A stretch of DNA of 64,000 bases from Gemmatimonadales bacterium (GTDB taxonomy: Bacteria > Gemmatimonadota > Gemmatimonadetes > Gemmatimonadales > GWC2-71-9). Below, one piece after another: positions 18,872 to 28,614 of the stretch. The first letter of the stretch is position 1, and each line of letters opens with the position of its first letter. Under the pieces are notes generated by a model, which did no database searches, was not told the origin of the DNA, and saw only the letters and a list, made by a program, of their open reading frames with translations. A program made the translations under genes and the position numbers. The stretch is from the NCBI GenBank assembly GCA_039794085.1, contig JBDIWC010000005.1, positions 1-64,000 of the forward strand, given 5' to 3'.

Positions 18872-20566
18872 TCACCCCCGCCGGGTGGCCTGGTCGCGGC
18901 GCACCGTCTGCCGCTTTCCCTTGATCCGGGCGGCCCGGAGTGCCGTCACCACGGCGGGGACGAGATCCTCGGGGAGTTCGACCAGGGAGAACTTGTCGGT
19001 GATCTCGATGGCTCCGATCTGGCCGGCCTCGATCTTCGCCTCGTTGGTGATGGCCCCCACCAGGTCCGCCGGGCGCATGTTGTCCTTCCGGCCCGCGCCA
19101 ATGTAGATCCGCGCCATGTCGGAACCGGCCTTCCGGGTGGATGCCCCGGTGCGAGCCCGCTTCTCCCGCGGTTGAGGACGCCCGGAGGACGTGGAAGAAG
19201 TCGGGGCGGACAGTTCGGGCTCGGTCCCCGGGTTGGCACCACCGCCCGCGAGGTGCGCCAGCTTCACCGCGGCGGTGGCGATGTCCATCAGGTCGAGCTC
19301 CTCGGCCAGCGACTCGACGATCACCCGGTAGCCGTCGAGGTCTCCCCCCAGAACCGCCTCCCGCAAGGCCACCCGGGTCACCTCGAGCTGCTTGGCCCTC
19401 ACGTCGTGCGCCGTGGGCAGTTGCGCCACCGCGATGCGTTGCCGGGTGAGGCTCTCGATGTTCTTGATCATCCGGTGCTCGCGCGGTTCCGCGAAGGTGA
19501 TCGCCACCCCTTCGCGGCCGGCGCGCCCGGTGCGTCCGATCCGATGGACGTAGCCCGCCGGAGATTCCGGAACGTTGTAGTTCACGACGTGGGTGATCTG
19601 CTCGATGTCGAGTCCCCGGGCGGCGACATCGGTGGCGACGAGGAGGTCGACCGTGCCGCCCCGGGTGCGCTTCATCACCCGGTCGCGCTGGTCCTGGGTC
19701 ATGCCGCCGTGGAGTGCCTGGACCCGGTACCCCCGGCCGCCCAGGCTCTCCGCCAGGCTGTCCACCTCGTGCCGGGTGCGGCAGAAGATGAGAGCGAGAG
19801 TCGGGGCTTCGAGGTCGAGCACCCGTTCCAGGGCCTGGACCTTCTGGGCGCGGGAGACGATGTACGCGGTCTGGCGGACCTTGGGAATCTCTCCCGCCGC
19901 CGCCACTTCCTGGGCCACGAGCACGCGGACCGGGTCGCGGAGATGCCGCTCGGCGATTCGGGCAATCCTTGGCGCCATGGTCGCGGAAAAGAGCGCGGTC
20001 TGGCGGGTGGCCGGCGCCGATCGGAGGATTTCCTCGATTTCGTCGGCAAACCCCATGTCGAGCATCTCGTCGGCTTCATCGAGCACGACCGCGACGACTC
20101 CCCCGAGGTCGAGGGTTCCTCGCCGGAGGTGGTCGAGTGCCCGGCCCGGCGTGGCGACGACGACATGGACACCGCGCTTGAGGACCCGGATCTGCCGGCT
20201 GAACTCCTGGCCTCCGTAGATCGGCACCGTCAGCGCCCCCAGCGCCCTCCCATACCGGTGAAACGCCTCGGCCACCTGCACGGCCAGTTCCCGGGTGGGA
20301 ACGAGCACCAGGACGGCCGGGCGCGAGGATGGGGGAGGAGTGGCCGGGAGCTGTTGGAGTAGGGGGAGGGCAAAGGCGGCGGTCTTGCCGGTGCCCGTGG
20401 CCGCCTGGGCCAGGATATCGTGGCCGGCCAGGAGGGGAGGAATCGCCTCGCGCTGGATCGGAGTGGGCTCCTCGTAACCCAGGGCGCTGAGCGCTTCGAC
20501 CAGGACCGGGGAGATGCCGAGAGAGGAGAAGGAGGGCACGCGGCTTGATCCCGGGGCTCGAGACAT
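18872..20566 (-). CDS. deaD: DEAD-box RNA helicase with DbpA-type RNA-binding domain
   Basis: PTPIQ, GTGKT, PTRELA, DEAD, SAT, HRIGRTGRAG; C-terminal IGAGRKDNMRPADLVGAI. Confidence 0.9.
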   Translation of the reverse strand: MSRAPGSSRVPSFSSLGISPVLVEALSALGYEEPTPIQREAIPPLLAGHDILAQAATGTGKTAAFALPLLQQLPATPPPSSRPAVLVLVPTRELAVQVAEAFHRYGRALGALTVPIYGGQEFSRQIRVLKRGVHVVVATPGRALDHLRRGTLDLGGVVAVVLDEADEMLDMGFADEIEEILRSAPATRQTALFSATMAPRIARIAERHLRDPVRVLVAQEVAAAGEIPKVRQTAYIVSRAQKVQALERVLDLEAPTLALIFCRTRHEVDSLAESLGGRGYRVQALHGGMTQDQRDRVMKRTRGGTVDLLVATDVAARGLDIEQITHVVNYNVPESPAGYVHRIGRTGRAGREGVAITFAEPREHRMIKNIESLTRQRIAVAQLPTAHDVRAKQLEVTRVALREAVLGGDLDGYRVIVESLAEELDLMDIATAAVKLAHLAGGGANPGTEPELSAPTSSTSSGRPQPREKRARTGASTRKAGSDMARIYIGAGRKDNMRPADLVGAITNEAKIEAGQIGAIEITDKFSLVELPEDLVPAVVTALRAARIKGKRQTVRRDQATRRG

Positions 20567-20955
20567 CAGTCCGGAGCCGGTCGGTGGTGAGGCAAACCGG
20601 AGGTGGAGTGGTTTTCCCGTGCCAGGAGGTCGCTCACACGAAATGGTTTTTGCAGGACGCGGGCCACCCCGGCATTTTCGGCTTCCTGTATCAGGTCGGG
20701 CGAGAGATCGCCAGACACCAGGATGACCGGGAGGGAGGGTCGAAGCTGGCTCACCGCACGGGCCACCTCCACCCCGGATACTGCGGGCATCGTGGCATCG
20801 GTCACCACGAGATCGAAGTCGTGTGGGGCCTGGCGGAGAGCATCGAGTGCCTCCGCCGGCTTCAAATAGGTCCGTACTTCGTGGCCGGACCGACGGAGTG
20901 CGAACCCGATAAACCGGGTGAGCTCTTCCTCGTCATCGATGTACATGACCCTCAA
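20566..20955 (-). CDS. Single-domain response regulator (start uncertain)
   Basis: VMYIDDE, DLVVTD..MP..SG, PVILVSG, LQKPF. Confidence 0.8.
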   Translation of the reverse strand: MRVMYIDDEEELTRFIGFALRRSGHEVRTYLKPAEALDALRQAPHDFDLVVTDATMPAVSGVEVARAVSQLRPSLPVILVSGDLSPDLIQEAENAGVARVLQKPFRVSDLLARENHSTSGLPHHRPAPD

Positions 20956-21010
20956 TGGCGCGGATCGCGGCGGGGTCCGAATCGACGGAGGATCGGGCGG
21001 GGGCGTTGTG

Positions 21011-22261
21011 TTAGCGATGATATCTCCACGGAGCCCCCGGTGAACGATCTGGCCTGTGAGGGAACTCCCGCGGGAAAGATAGCGCAAGAGGTTCTCGGGA
21101 GCAGGGGACGTCCGGGGGGGAAGGGGGATTGCTTGACTCGGAGACGCCAATTTCGCGAGTCCGGTTGGAGAGAGGGCCGGGAGAGCGGCCGCGTCCGAGG
21201 GCGGCGTGCTCGCGGGCTGCCACCGTGCAGAACGCGGCCACAATCCCCGGATCCCACCATCCGCGATTGGCCTCGGTCCGCAGGATATCCAGTGCTCTGT
21301 CGGGGGACAGGGCCCTTTTGTAGGGCCTTTCCGTGGTCAGGGCGTCGAATACATCGACAACCTGGAGCACACGCGCGGTCAAGGGAATGGCCTCCCCGGC
21401 CAGGCCGTCGGGGTATCCCGAGCCATTGAGTCGTTCGTGGTGGTGACGGATGATCGGCAGCACGGCCTTGAGGGAGCGGATCGGCCGACAGATTTCCTCT
21501 CCCTGCACGGGATGCCGTCTCATCCGAACCCATTCTTCGTCGGTCAGGGGACCCGGTTTGAGGAGGATGGCGTCGGGGATGGCGATCTTGCCGATGTCGT
21601 GGAGGATGCCGCCGAGGCGGAGGGCGGCCAGATCGGAGTCGGGGAGGCCGAGGGTGCGGCCCAGCGCCGTGGCCAGCGTGGCGAGTCGGTCACAGTGGCC
21701 CTCGGTGTAGGGGTCCCGCGCCTCAACGGCCAGGGCCAGGGAGGTGATGACCGATTCGGCGTGCTCCAACTGGTCAACGAGGACCTTCATCCGGAGAAGT
21801 GCGCGGATCCGAGCGAGCAGCTCTCCGCCCACGAAGGGCTTGGACAGGAAATCGTCGGCACCGGCATTGATTCCCTGGATCCGGTCGCGTACATCCCGCA
21901 GGCCGGTGATCATGATCACGGGGATCCACCGGGTGCGGGGATCTGATTTGATGATCTGGCAGATCTGGAATCCGTCGAGGCCGGGCAGTTCGACATCGAG
22001 CAGGATGAGATCCGGGCCCAATTCGCGGGCACATTGGACTCCGAGGGGACCGGTGGCCGCAGTGGCGACCAGGAGGTCTTCCCGGCGAAGCAGGTGAGTG
22101 AGCTGTGCGGTGATCGCCAGGTCATCGTCGATGATGAGGACCGATCGCTGAGACCCCGGCGGTTTCGTCATGATGGGACATGTGGCGGCCAGGCGCCGAG
22201 GGGGTGGCTCCTGCGGACCGAGGCTGTGGGTCCCGGGAGACGCGGTGGGCTGATCCGGCAT
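21011..22261 (-). CDS. Response regulator with HD-GYP c-di-GMP phosphodiesterase domain (RpfG-like)
   Basis: Receiver (IIDDD, LLDVELP, KPF); EARDPYTEGH, LHDIGK, HHERLNGSGYP intact. Confidence 0.92.
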   Translation of the reverse strand: MPDQPTASPGTHSLGPQEPPPRRLAATCPIMTKPPGSQRSVLIIDDDLAITAQLTHLLRREDLLVATAATGPLGVQCARELGPDLILLDVELPGLDGFQICQIIKSDPRTRWIPVIMITGLRDVRDRIQGINAGADDFLSKPFVGGELLARIRALLRMKVLVDQLEHAESVITSLALAVEARDPYTEGHCDRLATLATALGRTLGLPDSDLAALRLGGILHDIGKIAIPDAILLKPGPLTDEEWVRMRRHPVQGEEICRPIRSLKAVLPIIRHHHERLNGSGYPDGLAGEAIPLTARVLQVVDVFDALTTERPYKRALSPDRALDILRTEANRGWWDPGIVAAFCTVAAREHAALGRGRSPGPLSNRTREIGVSESSNPPSPPDVPCSREPLALSFPREFPHRPDRSPGAPWRYHR

Positions 22262-22311
22262 GGCTCCCTCGGTGAAAGACAACGACTCGACGGTCTCCTG
22301 ATCGTGTGGTG

Positions 22312-22339
22312 GTATCGGTGGGAAGGGTGGGGCCCTTGA
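22312..22339 (-). promoter_or_regulatory. Sigma28-like promoter for the HD-GYP regulator
   Basis: TCAA-N16-ACCGATAC on the minus strand. Confidence 0.7.
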
Positions 22340-22345
22340 ATTGGT

Positions 22346-22373
22346 TCAAGGAGGTCCCGACGGATGCCGATAG
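22346..22373 (+). promoter_or_regulatory. Sigma28-like promoter for the HDOD gene
   Basis: TCAA-N16-GCCGATAG. Confidence 0.75.
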
Positions 22374-22404
22374 TGCGACTGTCAACCACACGAACGGAGC
22401 CCGC

Positions 22405-23259
22405 GTGCCGACGTTGGCCGATGATCTGGTCCACCTGCTCGCCACCTCCCCGGATCTCCCGACACTTCCGGAGACGGTTCTGGACCTGATGGGTTTGCTG
22501 CGGCGGGACGATGTTCCCGCCTCGGTGATCACGGAACGGATCCGTCGTGATCCTGCACTGTCGGCCCGGATCCTGCGAGCCGCCAACGCTGCGGCCATTG
22601 CGCGGGCGGGGGTGTCGGTGGCCACTGTGGAATCGGCCCTGGCCCGGTTGGGTCTGCGCCGGGTGGGCTCCCTGTGTCTCGCCGTGGAGACGATTCGGGC
22701 GTTCGACGGTGAGGGGCGCCTCGATCATCGGGCATTCTGGGAGCATTCGTTCACGGTGGCGAGCGTGGCGGTCGCGATCGGGGAGGCGGCTCGGGTGCCT
22801 GCCTCCGGTGATTTGTATATGGCGGGCCTTCTTCATGATGTGGGGCTACTCGTTCTCGATCAGCGACTTCCGGCGGCCTACGTCCGGGTCATGGATGAGG
22901 CCCCGAGTGGTAGGCCCCGTCCCCAGTGGGAACGTGAGGTTCTCGGCATGGACCATGGCGGCATCGCAGAACACCTTCTCCGCCGGTGGAGCATGCCCGA
23001 GACGATGGTCGCCGCAGTGGGCAACCATCATGAGGCGGCCGAGGGCGACTCCCCCGTGGCAGGTGCCCTGGTGCTGCGGGCGGCCGAAGGCTTGATCGTG
23101 GAGTACGGACTGGAGCTGGAGGCGGAGGAGGGGTGGCAGGAGGACGTGGATGTGGCCCTGCGACGTCTGGGGCTCAGCCCCGAGCGGGCGGAGCAGATGC
23201 GGGTGACCCTGGCGGGTGTGGCGATGGAGTCGGCGGGGCTGCTGCGTGCCACAGTTTGA
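22405..23259 (+). CDS. HDOD-domain signalling protein
   Basis: LPTLP, DPALSARILRAAN, FWEHS, AGLLHDVG, DHG, W..P, HH; GTG start after GGAG. Confidence 0.88.
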   Translation: MPTLADDLVHLLATSPDLPTLPETVLDLMGLLRRDDVPASVITERIRRDPALSARILRAANAAAIARAGVSVATVESALARLGLRRVGSLCLAVETIRAFDGEGRLDHRAFWEHSFTVASVAVAIGEAARVPASGDLYMAGLLHDVGLLVLDQRLPAAYVRVMDEAPSGRPRPQWEREVLGMDHGGIAEHLLRRWSMPETMVAAVGNHHEAAEGDSPVAGALVLRAAEGLIVEYGLELEAEEGWQEDVDVALRRLGLSPERAEQMRVTLAGVAMESAGLLRATV

Positions 23260-23284
23260 GGGGGCCCGCGGAGGAACTGACAGT

Positions 23285-23312
23285 TCAAGAAGGCCTCGTT
23301 CGAAACCGATAT
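23285..23312 (+). promoter_or_regulatory. Sigma28-like promoter for motAB
   Basis: TCAA-N16-ACCGATAT. Confidence 0.7.
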
Positions 23313-23319
23313 TCCTGGT

Positions 23320-24186
23320 GTGATTGCCTTTGTCGGGGTACTCGTTGTTCTCGGATCCGTGTTGGGTGGATTCGCCATGGCCGGAGGCCCGTTCCTGGTG
23401 CTTCTGGCCTGGTCGGAGTGGGTGGTGATCATGGGAACTGCCTTGGGGACGATGTTGATCTCCACCCCCCAGCCCGTGATCGGGGGAGTCATCCGGCAGG
23501 TCCTGGCGGTGCCGAAGCCGAACCCCTTCCAAGCGGCTCTGTACCTGGAGGTGCTCAAGCTGCTGTATGAGCTCTTCCAAACGGCCCGGCGCGAAGGATT
23601 GGTGGCCATTGAGGGGCACATCGAGCGCCCCGAGGAGAGCGCCATCTTCCAGCGTTACCCCACGGTGCTGGTTCACCACCATGCGGTGGCCTTTCTCTGC
23701 GACAGTCTCCGCCTGGTTCTGGTGGGGAGTGTTCCGCCGCACGACCTGGAGCAGTTGATGGATGCCGAGATCGACGTGCATCACGAGGAATCGGCCAAGC
23801 CGGTCGCCGCCCTGCAGCGGGTGGGGGATGGTCTGCCCGGGATCGGGATCGTGGCTGCCGTGCTCGGCATCGTGGTGACGATGCAGAGCATCAACGGTCC
23901 GGTGGAGGAGATCGGGCATCACGTGGCGGCGGCCCTGGTCGGCACGTTCCTCGGCGTGTTGTTGTCCTACGGCTTCGTCGGGCCGATTGCGAGCAACATC
24001 GAGGGGCGCAACGGGGACGAATCACGGTTTTATCAGGTCATCAAGTCGGGAGTCGTGGCGTTTGCCAAGGGGATGCCGCCCCTGGTGGCTGCGGAGTTCG
24101 GTCGCAAGGCCATCAGTGGTCACGATCGTCCCACGTTTGCCGCGATGGAGACGGCCTGCAAGGCCGTTCCCGGAAAGGGGGGGTGA
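23320..24186 (+). CDS. motA: Flagellar stator protein MotA
   Basis: 4 TM segments; ARREGLVAIE, LPGIGIVAAVLG, ALVGTFLG, AEFGRK. Confidence 0.96.
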   Translation: MIAFVGVLVVLGSVLGGFAMAGGPFLVLLAWSEWVVIMGTALGTMLISTPQPVIGGVIRQVLAVPKPNPFQAALYLEVLKLLYELFQTARREGLVAIEGHIERPEESAIFQRYPTVLVHHHAVAFLCDSLRLVLVGSVPPHDLEQLMDAEIDVHHEESAKPVAALQRVGDGLPGIGIVAAVLGIVVTMQSINGPVEEIGHHVAAALVGTFLGVLLSYGFVGPIASNIEGRNGDESRFYQVIKSGVVAFAKGMPPLVAAEFGRKAISGHDRPTFAAMETACKAVPGKGG

Positions 24187-24189
24187 GTC

Positions 24190-25032
24190 ATGGGCGCCTC
24201 TCGTGACCGGGAACAGCCGATCCTGATCATCATCAAGAAGAAGAAGGGCCACGGGGGGCATCATGGCGGGGCCTGGAAGGTGGCGTTCGCGGACTTCATG
24301 ACCGCGATGATGGCTCTCTTCCTCGTGCTCTGGCTGGTGACCCAGAGCTCGGACATCAAGTCCTCGATCGCGGGATACTTCCAGGACCCCCTGGGGCATG
24401 CTTCGGAGTTCGGGAACTCGATTCTGGCCGGGGACGGTGCCCAGGCGGCCAGTGTCCGTCCGATCTCGGATCAGCAGATCGCCGAGTTCCGGCGGGACCG
24501 GCTCCTCGTGCTCCAGGCCAGGCTGCAGGACAAGCTGGGGTCGGCGCCGGACCTCGGGAGGATCGCCCAGCATGTGGAGGTCGAGATGACCTCGGACGGC
24601 TTGCGGATTTCCCTCATCGAAGATTCGGCCGGGGTGTTCTTCGAGGTGGGAAGTGCGGTGCCCAAGCCCAAGGTGGCGGCCCTGTTCCAACTGTTCGGAA
24701 GTGAACTGGCCAACCTTCCCTTCGCTGTGCGCGTGGAAGGGCACACCGACGCTCAACCCTATGCGTCCTCGGGGGGCTATGGCAATTGGGAACTCAGCAC
24801 GGACCGCGCCCACGCCGCTCGTCAGCTACTCGCGTTGGGCGGGCTTGGTACGGAGCAGGTGCGGGAAGTGAGCGGCCACGCGGACCGGGATCTCCTGGAT
24901 CCGGAGCATCCCTACCATCCGTCCAATCGCCGGGTCACGATCACTCTGCTGGCTGATCCCGCCCCAGAGGCCTCGGTGTCGCCCGCTCTGCCCGCTCCCG
25001 GCGGGTTGGGCCAGCCGGGAGGCGGGCCATGA
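24190..25032 (+). CDS. motB: Flagellar stator protein MotB
   Basis: HHGGAWKVAFADFMTAMMA; OmpA-like EGHTD, NWELSTDRA, NRRV. Confidence 0.96.
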   Translation: MGASRDREQPILIIIKKKKGHGGHHGGAWKVAFADFMTAMMALFLVLWLVTQSSDIKSSIAGYFQDPLGHASEFGNSILAGDGAQAASVRPISDQQIAEFRRDRLLVLQARLQDKLGSAPDLGRIAQHVEVEMTSDGLRISLIEDSAGVFFEVGSAVPKPKVAALFQLFGSELANLPFAVRVEGHTDAQPYASSGGYGNWELSTDRAHAARQLLALGGLGTEQVREVSGHADRDLLDPEHPYHPSNRRVTITLLADPAPEASVSPALPAPGGLGQPGGGP

Positions 25033-26237
25033 GGGAACCAGACACCCGGGCGGAAGGGCAGAAGGCACGCCGCGTACTGGTCGTGGGCCAGGGGGCTTCT
25101 CTGTCGTCGGTGGTTTCCATCCTGCGACAGGCGCACTTCGTGGTTGATGAGGCCCCCACGGGACGGGATGGCATCCGGATGGCCGCCGCCGAAAGGCCTG
25201 ATGCGGTGGTGTGCGACGTGGCGCTGACGGATCTCGACGGTTGGGCCTTCTGTCGGCTGGTCCGCAGCGGGCCGGAACGGGAGGCCCTGCCGTGTGTGTT
25301 GCTCGGGGGCAGCCGGGAGAGCTTGCGGGAGAGTGGGGGGATTGAGGGGGTGGACCACTTCCTCGCCACCCCGTTCTCCGGGGAGGAGGTGCTGGCGACG
25401 ATTGAGGATCTGTTCCATCCCGGCCGTTCGGTGCTGCCTCATTCGGCGGAGCACAGCGCCCTTGCCGACATGCACGAGCTCCTGGAGACGAGCTTCGACC
25501 AGATGGTCCACCTCCTGATGTACATGTTGGATCTGAGTGTTCCCGGTGCGGGGAGGCGGGGACGGGAATTGGCCGATGCGGCACGCAGGCTGGCGGACCG
25601 CTTCGAGGTCCCCGCGGAGTTTCTCGCCGATCTGGAGCGCGCGGCGTTGCTGCATGAGATCGGCGGGATTCTGCGAACACGCGGGGAGGAGGGACCGGAG
25701 GGAGGGTGGGGGTATGTTGTGGCGTCGGCAGCGATTCTGCGGCAAGTTCATCAGTTCCAGGGTGCGGCGGAGCTGGTGGAGTGCATCTTCGAAAACTGGG
25801 ATGGCACGGGTCATCCGGGCCACAAGCAGCGGGGGCAGATTCCCTTCCGTTCCCGGTTGCTCCGGGTGCTGATTGATTACGCGGCTGTGCGCCGAGGGGC
25901 GCGTCCGGGGGGAACGGACGGAGTGGCCGACGCCCTGCAGAGTCTGGCCCGGCACTCGGGCACCTGGTACGACCCCCTGGTGGTCGGTCGTCTGGTGGAG
26001 ACGGCCCGCGGAGAAGCTGGGGGAGAGCTGGTGGACGGGACGAAGGATCATCTCGTGGTGACTGATCTGCAGGCTGGCATGACCCTGGCGGATGATCTCC
26101 TGACCGGATCAGGGGTGAAGCTGCTCGGGGCGGGGGCCACGCTGACCGAGGGGAATCTCGATATCATTCTCCGCCGCCACCAGACCGACCCGGTCCTGTG
26201 CGGGGCGTGGATAGCACGTGAAAGGGCTGCTGTATGA
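25029..26237 (+). CDS. Degenerate receiver plus degenerate HD-GYP protein
   Basis: Receiver-like N-terminus lacking the DD pair; LLHEIG and ENWDGTGHP variants; C-terminal LQAGMTLADDL..G.KLL..G..LT motif. Confidence 0.75.
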   Translation: MREPDTRAEGQKARRVLVVGQGASLSSVVSILRQAHFVVDEAPTGRDGIRMAAAERPDAVVCDVALTDLDGWAFCRLVRSGPEREALPCVLLGGSRESLRESGGIEGVDHFLATPFSGEEVLATIEDLFHPGRSVLPHSAEHSALADMHELLETSFDQMVHLLMYMLDLSVPGAGRRGRELADAARRLADRFEVPAEFLADLERAALLHEIGGILRTRGEEGPEGGWGYVVASAAILRQVHQFQGAAELVECIFENWDGTGHPGHKQRGQIPFRSRLLRVLIDYAAVRRGARPGGTDGVADALQSLARHSGTWYDPLVVGRLVETARGEAGGELVDGTKDHLVVTDLQAGMTLADDLLTGSGVKLLGAGATLTEGNLDIILRRHQTDPVLCGAWIARERAAV

Positions 26238-26971
26238 CCCGGGACATTGACGCGTCGCTGGAGACAGAGCGAAACCGGGAGTTGCTGATCGCGGCCAACC
26301 GAGCCGACCTCCAGCACCAGTTCCTGCGTGGCCTCTCGCATGCCTTGGGGGGTCCCATGCAATCCCTGGCGCTCTCCCTGCCCGAGTACGGCGGATCGAA
26401 GACCGTTTCCTCCGAGGACGTGCGGTTTCTTCTGGACGTGGCCAGCGCCTCGCTGGCCTCACTGGGCCAGATCCTGGACACGTCGGCTGAGTTCTCCCGT
26501 CTGGCGATCGCCAGCGAGGCCGAGCCGGTGCGGGTGGAAGATTTCTTTTCCCACCTGGACCGGTTTCAGCGTTTCTTCCGTCCCCTCGCGCGAGCCGAGA
26601 TAATTCGGGAAGCGGACCCGGGGCTTCCCCCGGTAAGGGCGTCCCTGTCGGCGATGTCTCATGCCTTGCTGTCCGTGGTTCTGAACGCGGCGGAGGCGGA
26701 GGGGGTTCGGTGTGTTCTGGTGCGGGCGGAACGAGATCCCGGCGGACTTTGCATCCGGGTGCAGGACGATGGTCCTGGTATCGCGGCGGGTGACCGGGCG
26801 CGGGTGTTTGAGGCCTTCCACACGGGAAAGGGACCAGAGCACCGCGGGCTGGGGCTCACGGTTGCCGATCTGCTGATGGTTGCTCACGGGGGACGGATTG
26901 TGATCGAGGAGTCGGCGGGGGGGGCGTGGCCGGGAGCGTGTGTGGTCCTGACCGTCCCTGTCTGGGGCTGA
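26234..26971 (+). CDS. Sensor-less histidine kinase-like protein
   Basis: GLSHALGGP H-box-like; LNA, DDGPGI, FEAFHTGK, GLGL boxes. Confidence 0.8.
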   Translation: MTRDIDASLETERNRELLIAANRADLQHQFLRGLSHALGGPMQSLALSLPEYGGSKTVSSEDVRFLLDVASASLASLGQILDTSAEFSRLAIASEAEPVRVEDFFSHLDRFQRFFRPLARAEIIREADPGLPPVRASLSAMSHALLSVVLNAAEAEGVRCVLVRAERDPGGLCIRVQDDGPGIAAGDRARVFEAFHTGKGPEHRGLGLTVADLLMVAHGGRIVIEESAGGAWPGACVVLTVPVWG

Positions 26972-26984
26972 CGGGTCCCTCCGA

Positions 26985-27242
26985 TCAGTCGGGCGGGGGG
27001 GAGGGAGGAGGAGAGGCGAGGGGCGGGGCCAGGAGAGTCGCCCATGATTCGAGCCCTTCGGGGGAGCTGGCGCGGCGATTTTCGCCGGCCACGCGAAGCA
27101 CCAGCTCTTCCCTCTGGATCTGGGTCGTGGAGGGAGCCTCGATGCCCAGGCGCACGCCGCGGCGATCGGCCGAGAGCACCACGACGCGAATGCCTCCATC
27201 GAGGAGAATCGCCTCCCCCACCCGTCGCCCCAGAACAAGCAT
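26985..27242 (-). CDS. csrA: Carbon storage regulator CsrA
   Basis: MLVLGRRVGEAI...VRLGIEAP...IQREEL. Confidence 0.92.
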   Translation of the reverse strand: MLVLGRRVGEAILLDGGIRVVVLSADRRGVRLGIEAPSTTQIQREELVLRVAGENRRASSPEGLESWATLLAPPLASPPPSPPPD

Positions 27243-27244
27243 CC

Positions 27245-28612
27245 CTACACCATCCGGAGAATGTCCTGCATCATCTCATCGGCCACGGTGACGATGCGGG
27301 AGGCCGCCGCAAACGCCTGTTGCTGCCCGATGAGGTTCACCATTTCCTCGTCCACGGACACGCCGCTGACAGAGGAACGGCGGGTCTCCAGGTTCGAAAC
27401 CAGGACGTCGCTGACGACCGACTGGCTTTCGGCGTTGCGCGTGAGCACACCGACGGCCCCGACCGCCGAGATATAGAACTCGCCGGCGGTGGCTCCCCCG
27501 AGGCTCGCGAGCCCCTGGGTGCGCAGTCCGGCCAGCGCGAGAGCGATGGCGTTGTCGCCCGGCGCAGTCGTGGCGCCGGTGGCGATGGCGAGAGGCGAGG
27601 CGCCGACGGGGGCGGCCAGGACCATGGTCTGGGCGGTGAGGCCGGCCGGGTCGAAGAAGTCGGTCGCGGTGGTCCCGGCGGGTGTGGTTCCGGTCTGGTG
27701 GATGGTGTTGACCTCGGTCACGACCGCGGCCGCCAGTTGGTCGAGCGTGGCGCGGACGTCCGGGAGGGTGATGTTGAGATAGGTGGTCAGTGATCGAATG
27801 CGACCCTCCCCGGGGTCGAACGACGTGGTGGTGCCGACGATCGCCACTCCCGTGCCTCCTCCCGCCAGGGCGCGCAGCTCCACCTGCCGGGAGAAGGAAC
27901 CGTCCACCACCAGCTGGTCACCGAGCACGACGGCGATGGTCCCGTTGTCCCGGGGAATGGCTCGCATCGCCCCGATTCCGGCGATGCTGTCGAGGATCTG
28001 GTCTCGCTGGTCGGCCAGGTCCGCCGCAGAGCGATTGACTCCTCCGGCCCCGACGATTTCGGCATTGATCTGGGCGACTTCGCCGAGGGCGGTGTTGAGA
28101 GTCCCGATCACATCGCGGAGTTGTTCGGTGGCGTCGAGTCCCGTCTGGGCCAGCCCCTGGGCGAGGGCCCGGAACCGATCGGCCAGATTCCGGCCGGCGT
28201 CCCGCGCCAGGGTCCGGGTGGCGAGACTCGATGGGTCGTTGGCCAGGTCGCTGAAGGCGGTGAAGAGACCGTCGAGGGTGACCCCGAGGCCCGTGCCCGA
28301 TGGTTCGCCGAAGAGCTGTTCGACTCCGGTGAGGAGATCCCGGGTGAGGGTGGAGCCGCCGAGCAGGGCCGATTCGCGACGGACGGCGGCGTCCAGGAAG
28401 GTGTCGCGCGCCCGGTGGACCCCGGCGTCCGTGACTCCGGTGCCGAGGGTTCCCGCGGGAGTGCGCAGGGGAGGGGCGGCCTGCAGGGTGAGCCGCTGTC
28501 GGGAGAAGCCGGGCGTGTTCGCATTCGCGATGTTGTGCGAGGTCACCCCGATGGCCGTCTGGTGGGTGATCAGGGCCGACCGCGCGATGGAGAGAAGGCT
28601 GGAGAGCGACAC
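27245..28612 (-). CDS. flgK: Hook-associated protein FlgK
   Basis: HNIANANTPGFSRQR; SGVSVDEEMVNL. Confidence 0.95.
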   Translation of the reverse strand: MSLSSLLSIARSALITHQTAIGVTSHNIANANTPGFSRQRLTLQAAPPLRTPAGTLGTGVTDAGVHRARDTFLDAAVRRESALLGGSTLTRDLLTGVEQLFGEPSGTGLGVTLDGLFTAFSDLANDPSSLATRTLARDAGRNLADRFRALAQGLAQTGLDATEQLRDVIGTLNTALGEVAQINAEIVGAGGVNRSAADLADQRDQILDSIAGIGAMRAIPRDNGTIAVVLGDQLVVDGSFSRQVELRALAGGGTGVAIVGTTTSFDPGEGRIRSLTTYLNITLPDVRATLDQLAAAVVTEVNTIHQTGTTPAGTTATDFFDPAGLTAQTMVLAAPVGASPLAIATGATTAPGDNAIALALAGLRTQGLASLGGATAGEFYISAVGAVGVLTRNAESQSVVSDVLVSNLETRRSSVSGVSVDEEMVNLIGQQQAFAAASRIVTVADEMMQDILRMV

Positions 28613-28614
28613 GG

